Assembly (NCBI GenBank): GCA_036918135.1
Contig: JBALDB010000032.1
Span: 96,001 to 160,000, forward strand
Reading direction: 5' to 3'
Source of the DNA: Nostoc sp.
GTDB lineage: Bacteria > Cyanobacteriota > Cyanobacteriia > Cyanobacteriales > Nostocaceae
Length of the DNA stretch: 64,000 bases
Shown: positions 50,791 to 62,418 of the stretch, piece by piece
Layout of the letters: every line of letters begins with the position of its first letter
Position numbering within the stretch: position 1 is the stretch's first letter
Notes under the pieces: generated by a model
Seen by the model: the letters and a program-made list of their open reading frames with translations, nothing else
Told to the model about the DNA's origin: nothing
The model's database searches: none
Made by a program: the position numbers and the translations under genes

Positions 50791-52493
50791 CAGTTGCGTA
50801 TTCTCTACCAGTTGTTCTACTTTTCTGGTTTATAACTAGCTTCAGTGTAAACGTACCTTTTGGCGATGATTGGGCATTAGTAAATTTTTTTGCCAAAATT
50901 CACAGCGGTACTGTAAACTTTCAAGATTTTTTTTCTCAGCATAACGAGCATCGGATACTTTTTCCAAAGATTATATTTGCAATACTTGCATTTTCTTCCA
51001 AGTGGAATATTAAACTCGAAACTTACTTTATTTTTTTATTGGCTTTAGTAAATTTCGGACTTATATATAAAATTGCAGCCTCTAATTTTAATCAATCTAA
51101 TAAAAAAATATTAAATTTATTTAATATTACAATTTGTATTACACATTTTTCTTTAAATCAGTATGAAAATTGGCTATGGGGATTTCAAATATCTTGGTTA
51201 TTTATAAATACTTGCTTAATTTTAGCAGTATTTATTCTTACTGTACCTAAAAACTTACTTCCAAATATTAAATTATCACTTGCCTCTCTATGTTGTTTTA
51301 TTGCTAGTTTTTCGTCGGCTCATGGATTACTCTCTTGGCTGGCAATACTTCCATCAATATACATCGTTGAAGGGAGAAATAAAAATAAAAAAATTAGAAT
51401 TTTATTGTGGATTGGACTTTTCGCTTTTTGTGTTGCTATCTATTCTATTGGTTATGAAAAACCTTCTCATCATCCTGGTATATTGTTTGTTATACAGAAA
51501 CCTTTAGTTGCATTTGAATATTTTTTCACTCTCATAGGTTTCTGTTTAAGCAAAAAAGTTTTTTCTCCTGTATTTACTGGATTAATAATATTCTTTACTT
51601 TTTCGTTTTTTAATATTTTCTGGTTAAAAAATTTTCAATCTGAGTTTTTCAATAAAGCAGCACCCTGGTTATCATTCGGTTGGTTTGCAATTTTGTTTGT
51701 ATTAATAACTACTATTGGTAGAGCTGGTTTTGGTATTGAGCAAGCTACTTCATCTAGATATATAACTGTTTCGATATTATTAGTCATATCCTGCCTCCAA
51801 TTGTGTGGATTATGGATTTTATATAAATGGCAAGATAGAAGCATAAAATATGTATTTTCAGGATTGTGCCTGAGTTTTTTAATATCTCTTTTGATTTCTA
51901 GCTCAATTAATAGCATTGTAGAAGGTAGAAATATTTGGATACAAAGGAAGGCTGGTAGAAATTGCTTAGAACTTATAAATTTTATAGATAAATCTATAAG
52001 TTATTCACCTGATAACTGTTTAAATTTTATTTTTCCAGATCAATTTTTAATAAGAGAACTAAGTACAGTTCTTCAAAAATTAGAGTTTAGAAATTTTCCT
52101 CAAAGTATCACTTTTATAAATAAGACTGAGAAAGTTTACGGTTACATTGATGTTCCCCCAACCACAGAAAAGGCTTTAAATCTACGCAGGAGTGATACTT
52201 TAAAGTTATTGGGCTGGGCTATTCTCCCTGAAGATCAAGAACAGCCGCCTATAGTTCTACTATCTTATGGCAATAATCAATTATTTTTTGCCAATGGGCT
52301 TGTAAATTCAAACAGACCTGATGTTGTGACAGCTTTAAAGTCAAGTCTTTATAAGACATCGGGTTGGGAAGCGAATGTTTCTCTAAAATCTATACCACCA
52401 GGTGAAACTGTAATTAAGGCTTGGGTTTATGACCGAAAACGTCAAGAGTTCATAAAGTTGAATGGTGAACCAAAAATCAAAGTGGTGGAATAA
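50745..52493 (+). CDS. Polytopic membrane protein, putative GT-C-type (GtrC-like) glycosyltransferase with soluble C-terminal domain
   Basis: NVPFGDDW acidic first-loop motif, QHNEHR, many TM helices, SSRY. Confidence 0.65.
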   Translation: MYNKLLSFQKAKLLLAVAYSLPVVLLFWFITSFSVNVPFGDDWALVNFFAKIHSGTVNFQDFFSQHNEHRILFPKIIFAILAFSSKWNIKLETYFIFLLALVNFGLIYKIAASNFNQSNKKILNLFNITICITHFSLNQYENWLWGFQISWLFINTCLILAVFILTVPKNLLPNIKLSLASLCCFIASFSSAHGLLSWLAILPSIYIVEGRNKNKKIRILLWIGLFAFCVAIYSIGYEKPSHHPGILFVIQKPLVAFEYFFTLIGFCLSKKVFSPVFTGLIIFFTFSFFNIFWLKNFQSEFFNKAAPWLSFGWFAILFVLITTIGRAGFGIEQATSSRYITVSILLVISCLQLCGLWILYKWQDRSIKYVFSGLCLSFLISLLISSSINSIVEGRNIWIQRKAGRNCLELINFIDKSISYSPDNCLNFIFPDQFLIRELSTVLQKLEFRNFPQSITFINKTEKVYGYIDVPPTTEKALNLRRSDTLKLLGWAILPEDQEQPPIVLLSYGNNQLFFANGLVNSNRPDVVTALKSSLYKTSGWEANVSLKSIPPGETVIKAWVYDRKRQEFIKLNGEPKIKVVE

Positions 52494-52558
52494 AAAATAA
52501 TTTATTTGAGAAACTGTTGTATTTATAATTGGGAATATTAAAGGAGTGATAAAGTCAA

Positions 52559-53884
52559 ATGATAAAAAAAATGTTTAACCATAAAATACTAAAGTTTCTG
52601 CTAGGTGGTGGTTTAGCAGCAGGACTAAATTTAATACTTATTTATTTAATTATTGAAAAGTTTGAATTTAATACACCTTTGTTACGAAATATTGCCAATA
52701 TAATATCTATTGAAATTTCTCTTGTATTTAGTTTCTTTATCTATCGAACTTGGGTTTGGACTGGCGGTATTTGGAATCTTACAGAAGTATTTTTACGACA
52801 ACTTCCTCTTTATCATGTTTCTGCTGGACTTGCAGTAATTACTCGCATTTTATTTATCTTCCCTATTCTAGATTGGTTAAAAGTTAACTATGCCATCAAT
52901 ACTATAATAGGCGCACTGGTAAGCGCATCGATTAATTATTTGATTAGCGATCGCTTTGTATTTAAAACCCCAACAAAAAAAACTTATAACAATTCACACA
53001 CGGAAAAAATATCAGTTACATATTATCCAGAATCATTAGCTCCAGCTCTATCAATAAATTCTAGCTTAAGAAAAGATGAATCAATAACTATAGATACTTC
53101 AAAATCTGTTAAGACTCTATCAATAGTAATTCCAGCTTACAATGAAGAAGACTGTATAGTTAAAACTGTTCACATTATTAGCAAAGTTTTAGAACAAGAG
53201 AAAATAGATTACGAAATTTTAGTTGTTAACGATAACAGCAAAGATAACACAGAAAAATTATTACAGCAGCTTAATACTGAAAATAAGAAGTTGCGTTACG
53301 TGAATAATTATTATCCTAACGGCTTTGGGTTTGCAGTTCGTTGTGGGTTAGAAAGTTTTACAGGAGATGCTGTAGCAGTAGTTATGGCAGATAGTTCAGA
53401 TGCACCAGAAGACATAGTATCTTACTACTATAAATTGCAAGAGGGATACGATTGTGTTTTTGGTTCCCGCTTCATTAAAGGAGGTAAAGTTATTGATTAT
53501 CCCAATCATAAATTAATTGTAAATCGTTTAGCTAACTTATTTATTCAAATTTTATTTGGCTTAAGATTTAATGATACGACTAATGCATTTAAGATTTATC
53601 GTAAAGACGTTATTCAAGGTATTTCACCTTTAGTATCTCATCATTTCAATTTAACCGTAGAAATGCCACTCAAAGCTATAGTAAGAGGGTATTATTATAC
53701 AACTATTCCCATTACTTGGAGGAATAGAACCACAGGCGTTTCTAAGTTAAAACTAAAAGAAATGGGGAGTCGATATTTATTTATAGTCCTATACATTTGG
53801 CTAGAAAAACATTTATCGCGTGGAGATTATCATCTCAGCAAAAATAGACTACTAATCAATCAAAGGTTAAAATCAAATGGCTGA
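52559..53884 (+). CDS. GtrA-like flippase domain fused to a GT2 polyprenyl-phosphate glycosyltransferase (GtrB/DPM-like)
   Basis: 4-TM N-terminus (KFLLGG...YRTWVW...NYLISDRFVF); SIVIPAYNEE, MADSSD, FGSRF. Confidence 0.85.
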   Translation: MIKKMFNHKILKFLLGGGLAAGLNLILIYLIIEKFEFNTPLLRNIANIISIEISLVFSFFIYRTWVWTGGIWNLTEVFLRQLPLYHVSAGLAVITRILFIFPILDWLKVNYAINTIIGALVSASINYLISDRFVFKTPTKKTYNNSHTEKISVTYYPESLAPALSINSSLRKDESITIDTSKSVKTLSIVIPAYNEEDCIVKTVHIISKVLEQEKIDYEILVVNDNSKDNTEKLLQQLNTENKKLRYVNNYYPNGFGFAVRCGLESFTGDAVAVVMADSSDAPEDIVSYYYKLQEGYDCVFGSRFIKGGKVIDYPNHKLIVNRLANLFIQILFGLRFNDTTNAFKIYRKDVIQGISPLVSHHFNLTVEMPLKAIVRGYYYTTIPITWRNRTTGVSKLKLKEMGSRYLFIVLYIWLEKHLSRGDYHLSKNRLLINQRLKSNG

Positions 53885-54944
53885 GAAGATTCTGATTTTA
53901 GGAGGAGCTGGTTTTGTTGGCAGTTCCTTAGCAATTAATCTGAAAAAGCATCATTCTCACTGGAAAATTATATGTTTTGATAATCTCCGAAGGCGCGGTT
54001 CCGAATTAAATCTTCCTAGACTCAAAAATTTGGGGATTGACTTTATTCATGGTGATATTCGTTCTTCTAGCGATTTAGATCCTGGAATGTTTAACGTCGA
54101 TACCATCATTGATTGTTCTGCTGAACCTTCTGTACTTGCAGGATTTGTATCTCCACAATACGTCCTGCAAACAAATTTGGTGGGAACGATAAATGTTCTT
54201 GAACTAGCTAGACAAATTCAAGCTCGTTTGCTCTTTCTATCTACTAGTCGTGTTTATCCGATTGAAACACTTAAATCAGTTAATCTAGTAGAATTACCAA
54301 CCCGCTTTAGCATTGCTGTTGAACAGAAAATACCAGGAGTGTCTCATTTTGGTATTGCAGAGGAATTTCCACTACAAAACTACCGTTCTTTATATGGTAC
54401 TACTAAACTTGCCTCGGAAATGCTGATTGAAGAGTATCGGCAGGCTTATAATATTCAGGCTATAGTCAACCGTTGTGGTGTAATTACAGGTCCTTGGCAA
54501 ATGGGTAAAGTTGACCAAGGTGTTTTTGTTTTGTGGTTAGCCGCACACTATTTTGAAAAATCTCTCAGTTACATAGGTTATGGCGGTACAGGTAAACAAG
54601 TAAGAGATTTATTACATATTGAAGATTTGTTACGTCTAATTAATTATCAGTTAGAACATTTTTGTGAACTAGATGGAGATGTTTTAAATGTTGGCGGAGG
54701 TATTGATAATAGTTTATCTTTATTAGAGACTACTAGATTATGCCAGACAATTACTGGGAAATCTATTCCAATTAAATCAGAAGAAACAGCCAGACAAGGT
54801 GATATCCCTATTTATATTACGGATTCATCGAAGATAATTTTTAAGACTGGATGGAAGCCAATTATGAATCCCGAACAAACTCTCAAAGATATTTATCATT
54901 GGATTCTTGAGTATGAAACAATTCTGAAGCCCATTTTATCCTAA
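53877..54944 (+). CDS. NAD-dependent epimerase/dehydratase (CDP-paratose 2-epimerase-like)
   Basis: GGAGFVG, YGTTK, GKQVRDLLH. Confidence 0.88.
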   Translation: MAEKILILGGAGFVGSSLAINLKKHHSHWKIICFDNLRRRGSELNLPRLKNLGIDFIHGDIRSSSDLDPGMFNVDTIIDCSAEPSVLAGFVSPQYVLQTNLVGTINVLELARQIQARLLFLSTSRVYPIETLKSVNLVELPTRFSIAVEQKIPGVSHFGIAEEFPLQNYRSLYGTTKLASEMLIEEYRQAYNIQAIVNRCGVITGPWQMGKVDQGVFVLWLAAHYFEKSLSYIGYGGTGKQVRDLLHIEDLLRLINYQLEHFCELDGDVLNVGGGIDNSLSLLETTRLCQTITGKSIPIKSEETARQGDIPIYITDSSKIIFKTGWKPIMNPEQTLKDIYHWILEYETILKPILS

Positions 54945-54979
54945 ACTGATGATTGTACTATGACGTGATTCAAAATATT

Positions 54980-56065
54980 ATGCCCACTGTTTTAATTACT
55001 GGTTCTTGTGGTCTAATTGGTTCAGAATCGGTTCATTTTTTTGCCCAGAACGGTTTTCATGTTGTGGGTATCGATAATAATATGCGGGCGGTATTTTTCG
55101 GAGAATCAGCATCAACAGACTGGAATCGCTGTATCCTAGAAGATAAATACGGTGACAGCTATCGTCATTATGATATTGATATCCGCGATCGCTCTGCAAT
55201 CGAAAACCTCTTTCAAGAATATTCCTCCGATATTTGTCTGATTATCCATACAGCAGCCCAACCATCTCATGATTGGGCAGCAAAAGACCCTCATACAGAT
55301 TTTACAGTTAATGCTAACGGGACTTTAGTATTACTAGAAGCAACTCGACAATATTGCCCTGATACAACTTTTATATTTACCTCAACTAACAAAGTCTATG
55401 GCGATACTCCTAACTATTTACCTTTGGAGGAGTTAGAAAAACGTTGGGAAATTAAACGAAATCATCAATACACAGAGGGTATTGATGAGTCAATGACAAT
55501 TGATAACTCTAAACATTCTCTATTTGGTGCTTCTAAAGTTGCCGCAGATATATTAGTTCAAGAATATGGTAAATACTTTGGCATGAAGACTGTTACCTTT
55601 AGAGGAGGTTGCTTGACTGGCCCCAACCATTCTGGCGCTCAGTTACATGGTTTTCTAGCTTACTTAATGAAATGTACTATTACAGGTGACACTTACACCA
55701 TATTTGGCTATCAAGGTAAACAAGTTAGAGATAATATACATAGTTACGATCTAGTCAATGCTTTTTATCATTTTTATCAAAATCCCAGATGCGGAGAAGT
55801 TTATAATATTGGGGGTTCTCGGCATAGCAATTGTTCTATGTTAGAAGCAATCTCAATTTGCGAAGACATCGTAGGTAAAAAGCTGCAATATACTTATACA
55901 GAAGAGAATCGCTCTGGCGATCATATTTGGTACATTTCAGATGTAAGAAAATTTCGTTCTCATTATCCAATATGGGAATACAAGTATAATCTTCGACAGA
56001 TACTAGAGGAAATTTATAATGCTCAAGTATCTAGAAATGTTAGTTATTATCAAAAGCTGTTTTAA
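54980..56065 (+). CDS. NAD-dependent epimerase/dehydratase (CDP-paratose 2-epimerase-like)
   Basis: [32 protein letters not shown] at 54980 preferred. Confidence 0.88.
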   Translation: MPTVLITGSCGLIGSESVHFFAQNGFHVVGIDNNMRAVFFGESASTDWNRCILEDKYGDSYRHYDIDIRDRSAIENLFQEYSSDICLIIHTAAQPSHDWAAKDPHTDFTVNANGTLVLLEATRQYCPDTTFIFTSTNKVYGDTPNYLPLEELEKRWEIKRNHQYTEGIDESMTIDNSKHSLFGASKVAADILVQEYGKYFGMKTVTFRGGCLTGPNHSGAQLHGFLAYLMKCTITGDTYTIFGYQGKQVRDNIHSYDLVNAFYHFYQNPRCGEVYNIGGSRHSNCSMLEAISICEDIVGKKLQYTYTEENRSGDHIWYISDVRKFRSHYPIWEYKYNLRQILEEIYNAQVSRNVSYYQKLF

Positions 56066-56174
56066 AAGTATCTAGATTGTGATTTGTGTTAGCTCGTTTT
56101 AATAAGCAAGCTTGAAGATTAGAGAATTAGAATATAAAATACATAAATAGAGTTGTTACATAATATCTAAATCA

Positions 56175-57095
56175 ATGAGAGCAAAAGTGGCAGCCTACAT
56201 AACCCTCTATCAAGATAAACAAGCTGCTACCAAGTGTCTGCAAGCTATTAAATCTCAATCTTTACCAATAGATATTGTTTTTGTAGTAGATAATTCCGAA
56301 CAAAAATTACTAGAATTCGATAATAGTGCATCTATTTTGATACATCATTATCCAGAAAATATTGGTATTGGTCAAGGTTTAGTACTTGGGTTGGAATGGG
56401 CAATAAAGGAAGATTATGATTTTTTATGGACTTTCGATCAAGACAGTTTACCAAGTAAGGATTGTTTAGAAATTTTGTTAAAATTTTACAATAAGTTGTC
56501 TTTAGAAGATGATAAGAAAATTGCGATTATTGCTCCTACTTCTATTGATGAAAAAACAGGGAAAGTTATAGAAGGAGCAGTTTTTGTAAGAGACCAGTTT
56601 AGAGGTTACAAACACAATAATAATATTGATTTTTATGAGTGCGATTCTCCTATAACTTCTGGTTCTTTAATTTCCATTGCTGCTGCTAAAACTATTGGTC
56701 TTCCTCGTGCAGAATTCTTTATAGATGGAATTGACCTCGACTATGGACTAAGATTACACCAACAGGGATTCCGTAATTTGATAGTTACTAAAGCTAGTAT
56801 GTATCATAATTTTGGTAATCCAGTGAAAGTAAAATTTTTTCAGCGAGAAACGATTGTTCAGCAATACTCTGTTCTACGTAACTACTATATTAATCGAAAT
56901 CACACTTATTTAGAAACTCGCTATGCCCAAGGCTTATATCGACTAACTAGTTATGGTCAACGCATAAAATATTTACTCCGCAGGATAGTTACAATTTTGC
57001 TTTATGACCCTGAAGAAAAAACTATAAAAATATGGGCTTGTTTACTGGGGACATTTCACGGCTTTCAAGGAAAGCTTGGTAAAACTTGGTTTTAA
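56175..57095 (+). CDS. GT2 glycosyltransferase (rhamnosyltransferase-like)
   Basis: VVDNS, FDQDS, ITSGSLI, FFIDGID, YYINRN. Confidence 0.85.
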   Translation: MRAKVAAYITLYQDKQAATKCLQAIKSQSLPIDIVFVVDNSEQKLLEFDNSASILIHHYPENIGIGQGLVLGLEWAIKEDYDFLWTFDQDSLPSKDCLEILLKFYNKLSLEDDKKIAIIAPTSIDEKTGKVIEGAVFVRDQFRGYKHNNNIDFYECDSPITSGSLISIAAAKTIGLPRAEFFIDGIDLDYGLRLHQQGFRNLIVTKASMYHNFGNPVKVKFFQRETIVQQYSVLRNYYINRNHTYLETRYAQGLYRLTSYGQRIKYLLRRIVTILLYDPEEKTIKIWACLLGTFHGFQGKLGKTWF

Positions 57096-57304
57096 GTTGA
57101 TAAAAGGGACTAAATATTGTAGATTTTCAAATAAAAAATTATGTCTTAGTCTTTAATAAAAAACATTTGTAATTTTGATATTTGAGTAGTAATACCAATT
57201 TAAAAATGATTACGACAGATACAAAGGTGAGCAAGTATATTTACTAAAATTTGTAATTCTTTTTTAAACAAAATTAGTTGAGATAAAAAATTAATATAAT
57301 TATA

Positions 57305-58144
57305 GTGATTTATTTTTTAATAGTTAATTATTATTCTACAAATTTAATTCTCAAGTTAATTGATTCAATCCAAAAAATAACTAATGTTAACTATAAAGTA
57401 ATTATTATCAATAACTCATCTGATGACCATTCTATTGATAATCTTAAAACTGAATCTATATTGATTTTTGATGCTGAGACTAATTTAGGTTTTGGTTGTG
57501 CTTGTAATTTAGGCTTAAAATGGATTTATATTCAAGACCCCCAAGCCTATGTTTGGATAATTAATCCAGATACTTATTTAATAGAAAACACTTTACATAA
57601 AGTTAAGCCATTTTTTGAGTTGTATCCAGAAATTTCAATTCTTGGTACACTTATCTATACACCTACAGGCAAAGTTTGGTTTGCTGGCGGTCGCTTCATT
57701 GCTAAAACTGGTGCAATCATTACTCAAAAAAAATTAACGGATATAGATTTGGGTTATGTTAATTGCGATTGGGTTTCCGGGTGTAGTCTAGTTGTTAATT
57801 TAAATAATTTTACTGAATGTCCTAATTTTGACTCTGCTTACTTTCTTTATTATGAAGATGTAGATTTTTGCTTACGCTATGGTAATCAAGGACATATAGT
57901 TGCTATAACTAAGAATTTTTCAATAGTGCATGAACCATCATCTATTACTAATAGAAATATTTTTAATAAAATTAGAAATAGTACGTATAGTTATTTACTA
58001 ACGCTCGATAAATACACAAATAAAAGTATCTTTGAAATCAGATTAATTTTTCAAATATTCAAGGCAATCTTAGCGATTGTGCTAAAGCCAAAAGCTGCAT
58101 TAGGAAAAATTTATGGAATACATGATTATATCACAAAAAAGTAG
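57305..58144 (+). CDS. GT2 glycosyltransferase
   Basis: IVNY, NLGFG, INPD, YFLYYEDVD. Confidence 0.87.
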   Translation: MIYFLIVNYYSTNLILKLIDSIQKITNVNYKVIIINNSSDDHSIDNLKTESILIFDAETNLGFGCACNLGLKWIYIQDPQAYVWIINPDTYLIENTLHKVKPFFELYPEISILGTLIYTPTGKVWFAGGRFIAKTGAIITQKKLTDIDLGYVNCDWVSGCSLVVNLNNFTECPNFDSAYFLYYEDVDFCLRYGNQGHIVAITKNFSIVHEPSSITNRNIFNKIRNSTYSYLLTLDKYTNKSIFEIRLIFQIFKAILAIVLKPKAALGKIYGIHDYITKK

Positions 58145-58243
58145 ATTAAATGATTAATTAAAGACTTAGTATAATTTGCAAACCAAATATTTAAATATTA
58201 AATTTATAGAAATCAATTTTTAAATGTTTTCTGATTAACAATC

Positions 58244-59311
58244 GTGGCATTATTAATTAATCTGTCATTTTTATTAACTCAACCCACAGGTATCACTACC
58301 TATGCTCTCAATTTACTACCTCACTTACAAGAACTCGATCCCACACTTTTGATTTCCCAAGATATTTCTGGTTACAACTGCTATCCAGTTCCTCCTCATC
58401 AAACCGCAGAACAAGGGGTAAAAGGCCACTTGAAACGGCTTGTGTGGACGCAATTTCAATTACCAGAAATTTATAGAAAGTTAAAATCCCAAATTTTATT
58501 TTCCTTGCTTCCAGAAGCACCCCTTTATAGTAATTCTCGTTTTGTGGTGATGGCTCACGATTTTATCCCATTGCGTTTTCCGAAGAGGTTTTCACCACTG
58601 ACATCTTATCACCGCTATTACATTCCTCAAGTCATCAACCAAGCACAACACATTGTTTGTAACTCCCAAGCTACAGCCCAGGACATCACCAATTTTTTTC
58701 ATATTCCCGCTAGCAAAATTACCTCTATCCCTCTTGCTTACGATCGCACTCACTTTTGTTTGCTCAATCTCCCCACCCGCAACTATTTTCTCTACATTGG
58801 ACGCCAAAACACTTATAAAAACTTAGATCGATTGATTGCAGCCTTTGCTGCGCTACCCAATAACAACGACTATGAACTTTGGTTAGCAGGGCCGAGCGAT
58901 CGCCGTTACACCCCAACTTTAACAGCCCAAGTTGCACAACTCGGTATCACTAATCGAGTAAAATTCCTCGACTATGTTCCTTATAGCGAATTGCCAAAAA
59001 TCATCAATCAAGCGCTCGCTCTTGTTTTCCCTAGTCTCTGGGAAGGCTTTGGTTTACCCGTTTTGGAAGCAATGGCTTGTGGTACCCCAGTAATTACCTC
59101 CAATCTCTCCTCTCTACCAGAAGTAGCTGGAGACGCAGCAATTCTGATTAATCCCTACAATACCAGAGAAATTACAGAAGCAATGCAGGCAATTGCAACT
59201 GATTCGGGATTGCGATCGCGCCTTTCTAATCAGGGAATTATTCACTCCCAACAATTCAGTTGGGAAAAAACAGGGAAAGCCACCGCAGAAGTCTTATCCC
59301 GCTACCTGTAG
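58244..59311 (+). CDS. GT4 glycosyltransferase
   Basis: [23 protein letters not shown]. Confidence 0.92.
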   Translation: MALLINLSFLLTQPTGITTYALNLLPHLQELDPTLLISQDISGYNCYPVPPHQTAEQGVKGHLKRLVWTQFQLPEIYRKLKSQILFSLLPEAPLYSNSRFVVMAHDFIPLRFPKRFSPLTSYHRYYIPQVINQAQHIVCNSQATAQDITNFFHIPASKITSIPLAYDRTHFCLLNLPTRNYFLYIGRQNTYKNLDRLIAAFAALPNNNDYELWLAGPSDRRYTPTLTAQVAQLGITNRVKFLDYVPYSELPKIINQALALVFPSLWEGFGLPVLEAMACGTPVITSNLSSLPEVAGDAAILINPYNTREITEAMQAIATDSGLRSRLSNQGIIHSQQFSWEKTGKATAEVLSRYL

Positions 59312-59347
59312 AATAATACCGTTGAGTAGAGGACGCGGCGAATAACA

Positions 59348-59384
59348 AATGACTAATGACCAATGACCAATGACTAATGACTAA
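59348..59384. repeat. STRR-type heptamer tandem repeat (AATGAC(C/T))
   Basis: aatgactaatgaccaatgaccaatgactaatgactaa. Confidence 0.85.
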
Positions 59385-59389
59385 TCCTT

Positions 59390-60466
59390 ATGAAAGCATT
59401 AATTCTTTCTGGCGGTAAAGGTACACGCTTACGTCCCCTCACCTACAGCGGAGCAAAACAACTCGTTCCAGTTGCTAATAAACCTGTTTTATGGTATGGC
59501 ATTGAAGAAATGGTTGCTACTGGTATTACTGATATTGGTATCATCATTAGTCCGGAAACAGGTGCAGAAGTCCGAGCAAAAACCGGAAATGGAGAATACT
59601 TTGGAGCGAAGATTACCTACATATTACAAGACAAGGCAGCCGGACTTGCTCATGCCGTCCTAATCGCCCGTCCGTTTTTAGGAGATTCTCCGTTTGTCAT
59701 GTACTTGGGCGATAACCTGATTCAATTAGGCGACTTAAGTTATTTTCTGCAACAATTTAGCCAACAGCAGCCTGATGCTTTAATTCTGTTACGTCCTGTT
59801 CCTAATCCTACCGCCTTTGGTGTGGCTGAGGTCGATGATAGAGGCAGAGTATTACAGTTAATTGAAAAACCTAAAATTCCTCCTTCAAATCTGGCATTGG
59901 TAGGAGTTTATTTCTTTTCTCACGTTATCTTTGATGCGATCGCTAATATTCATCCTTCCGCCAGAGGGGAACTCGAAATCACTGATGCTATTCAATATTT
60001 AATTAATCAAGAAAAGCACGTCGTCGCGCACAAACTCCAAGGTTGGTGGCTAGATACTGGTAAAAAAGATGATTTATTAGAAGCTAACCGATTGATTCTC
60101 GATACCTATATGACAGCATCAATTTTCGGTGAGGTCGATGCCCAAAGTCAAATTATTGGACGAGTTAAAATTGGTGCCAAATCTCAAGTTATTAATTGCA
60201 CAATTCGCGGCCCGGTAATTATTGGTAGCAATTGTTATTTAGAAAACTGCTTCATCGGGCCTTATAGTAGTATTGCTAACAATGCCACACTCGTGGATAC
60301 AGATTTAGAACACAGTGTAATTTTAGAAGGAGCTAAAATTGCCGGAATCCATCAACGGATTATCGATAGTGTGATTGGACAACGCGCACAATTGACTCTT
60401 GCACCCCGTCGCCCGAAAGCTTTACGATTCCTGATTGGCGACGACTGTCAAATTGAACTCACATAA
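59390..60466 (+). CDS. rfbA: Glucose-1-phosphate thymidylyltransferase (long form)
   Basis: LSGGKGTRLRPLT, KQLVPV, SARGELEITD, WLDTG, C-terminal hexapeptide region. Confidence 0.92.
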   Translation: MKALILSGGKGTRLRPLTYSGAKQLVPVANKPVLWYGIEEMVATGITDIGIIISPETGAEVRAKTGNGEYFGAKITYILQDKAAGLAHAVLIARPFLGDSPFVMYLGDNLIQLGDLSYFLQQFSQQQPDALILLRPVPNPTAFGVAEVDDRGRVLQLIEKPKIPPSNLALVGVYFFSHVIFDAIANIHPSARGELEITDAIQYLINQEKHVVAHKLQGWWLDTGKKDDLLEANRLILDTYMTASIFGEVDAQSQIIGRVKIGAKSQVINCTIRGPVIIGSNCYLENCFIGPYSSIANNATLVDTDLEHSVILEGAKIAGIHQRIIDSVIGQRAQLTLAPRRPKALRFLIGDDCQIELT

Positions 60467-60584
60467 TTTACTTATTAAAAACAAGGAAAGCTACAGTCAA
60501 AATGTTATGCTACTACCTGTAATTATTGGGTTAATTTTTTGACAAAATTAACACTGTGGCAAATTACTCGCAATAATATTATTA

Positions 60585-61130
60585 ATGAGCATTACATATA
60601 CTAAAATTCCCGAAGTTATACAACTCGAACCCAAAGTATTTGCAGACGATCGCGGTTTCTTCTTTGAAGCCTATAACCATCAAAAATTTACTCAAGAGAC
60701 TGGTATTGCTGCGAACTTTGTGCAAGATAACCATTCTTGTTCTAAGCAAAACGTCCTGCGTGGATTGCATTACCAAATTCAACAACCCCAAGGTAAACTC
60801 GTTCGGGCGATCGCCGGCACCATTTTTGACGTAGCCGTTGATATCAGAAGAAGTTCGGCTACATTTGGTAAGTGGGTGGGTTATGAACTCAGTGCTGAGA
60901 ACAAACGCTTACTTTGGATACCGATAGGCTTTGCTCACGGCTTTCTCGTGCTTTCAGAAACAGCTGAAGTGGTGTATAAAACTACAGATTACTACGCACC
61001 CCAAGGCGATCGTACAATCCTCTGGAACGATCCAGATTTAGCTATAGATTGGCCTTTGAGTGCGCCACCGATTTTATCAGCTAAAGACCAAGTCGGTAAA
61101 TCTTTAAAAACTGCTGAAATATTTAATTAA
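60585..61130 (+). CDS. rfbC: dTDP-4-dehydrorhamnose 3,5-epimerase
   Basis: DDRGFF, VQDNHS, LRGLHYQ, GFAHGF. Confidence 0.96.
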   Translation: MSITYTKIPEVIQLEPKVFADDRGFFFEAYNHQKFTQETGIAANFVQDNHSCSKQNVLRGLHYQIQQPQGKLVRAIAGTIFDVAVDIRRSSATFGKWVGYELSAENKRLLWIPIGFAHGFLVLSETAEVVYKTTDYYAPQGDRTILWNDPDLAIDWPLSAPPILSAKDQVGKSLKTAEIFN

Positions 61131-61325
61131 ATACTTTTAATATTAATCTGGACTTTTTACTGTAACTATCAGTTTGGAAGAGTAAGAAGATGGGGAATGT
61201 GGAGCAGAAAAGCAGAGGGGCAAATAACAAATGAACGATACTTCTCTACGAGAGGCTGCGCCATCGGCTTCTCTACCAGACGCACTTGCGTTCGCTCAGT
61301 ACAAGTGACAAATGACTAATAACTA

Positions 61326-62210
61326 ATGACTAAGAGTAAATCAATTCTACTGATTGGTAGCAATGGGCAACTAGGTCAAGAATTGGAACAAATTCTTCCA
61401 TCCTACGGCAATACTATCTCAGTTGCACGCCCAATAGTAGACCTTACTGAGCCTGATACTCTTTGCAGCATTATCAAATCAAAGCAACCGCAAATCATTA
61501 TTAACGCTGCTGCTTATACTGCCGTAGATAAAGCCGAAAGCGAACCCGAACTTGCCACTGCTATTAATGCTACTGCACCTTTAATTCTCGCCGAAGAAAG
61601 TCAAAAGTTAGGAGCCTTTCTAATTCATATTTCCACTGATTACGTTTTTGATGGCAATAGGTGTCGCCCATATCAGGAAACCGATGCGACTAACCCTTTG
61701 AGTGTCTACGGAAAAACTAAGCTTGCAGGAGAACAAGCAATTCGAGACAATTGCACTCATCATCTCATCCTCCGTACAGCTTGGGTTTATGGAAACTATG
61801 GCAAAAGTAACTTTGTCAAAACCATGTTGCGACTGGGTGCAGAACGTCCAGAACTGCGTATCGTCGCCGATCAAATTGGTAGCCCAACTTGGGCAAAAGA
61901 TATAGCCGCAGTCATCGCCGAGATGATTCCCCAGTTAAAGACAGATATTGCAGCCACATACCACTACACTAATAGCGGCGTTGCTAGTTGGTATGACTTT
62001 GCCGTTGCCATTTTTGAAGAAGCGCAACAGCTAGGATTTCCTTTGAAAGTTAAAAATATTGTCCCCATTACAACCGCCGAATATCCTACACCCGCCCATC
62101 GCCCTGGTTATTCTGTACTTGCTTGTGGCAAAATTTCGGCACTTCTAGGAACGTATCCGCCTCATTGGCGACAAAGACTCCGCCAAATGCTCTTGGAGAT
62201 TAAGAGATAA
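61326..62210 (+). CDS. rfbD: dTDP-4-dehydrorhamnose reductase
   Basis: GSNGQLG, NAAAYTAVD, STDYVFDG, YGKTK, DQIGSPT. Confidence 0.96.
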   Translation: MTKSKSILLIGSNGQLGQELEQILPSYGNTISVARPIVDLTEPDTLCSIIKSKQPQIIINAAAYTAVDKAESEPELATAINATAPLILAEESQKLGAFLIHISTDYVFDGNRCRPYQETDATNPLSVYGKTKLAGEQAIRDNCTHHLILRTAWVYGNYGKSNFVKTMLRLGAERPELRIVADQIGSPTWAKDIAAVIAEMIPQLKTDIAATYHYTNSGVASWYDFAVAIFEEAQQLGFPLKVKNIVPITTAEYPTPAHRPGYSVLACGKISALLGTYPPHWRQRLRQMLLEIKR

Positions 62211-62215
62211 GGGGG

Positions 62216-62342
62216 ATGTGGTTCTACTCCCTTCCCTTACGGGACGCTCTTGCTAGCTTGCTTAAGAGCAGGGGTACGACTACGCTACCTCGGCTTTGCT
62301 CGGCACAAGTCAGGGCAAGTCGCTCACTAACCGGGGGATGAG
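62216..62342. repeat. Composite small dispersed repeat (host element with nested inserts)
   Basis: GATGTGGTTC...CGCTCACTAACCGGGGGATGAG; related copies at 40058-40100 and, inverted, at 63579-63658. Confidence 0.7.
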
Positions 62343-62418
62343 AGAGTGTGGAGAGATGATAAAAACCTTCTTACCTTTTCCACCCCTTTGACAATCCCAA
62401 TGCCCCAGTCCCCAGTCC

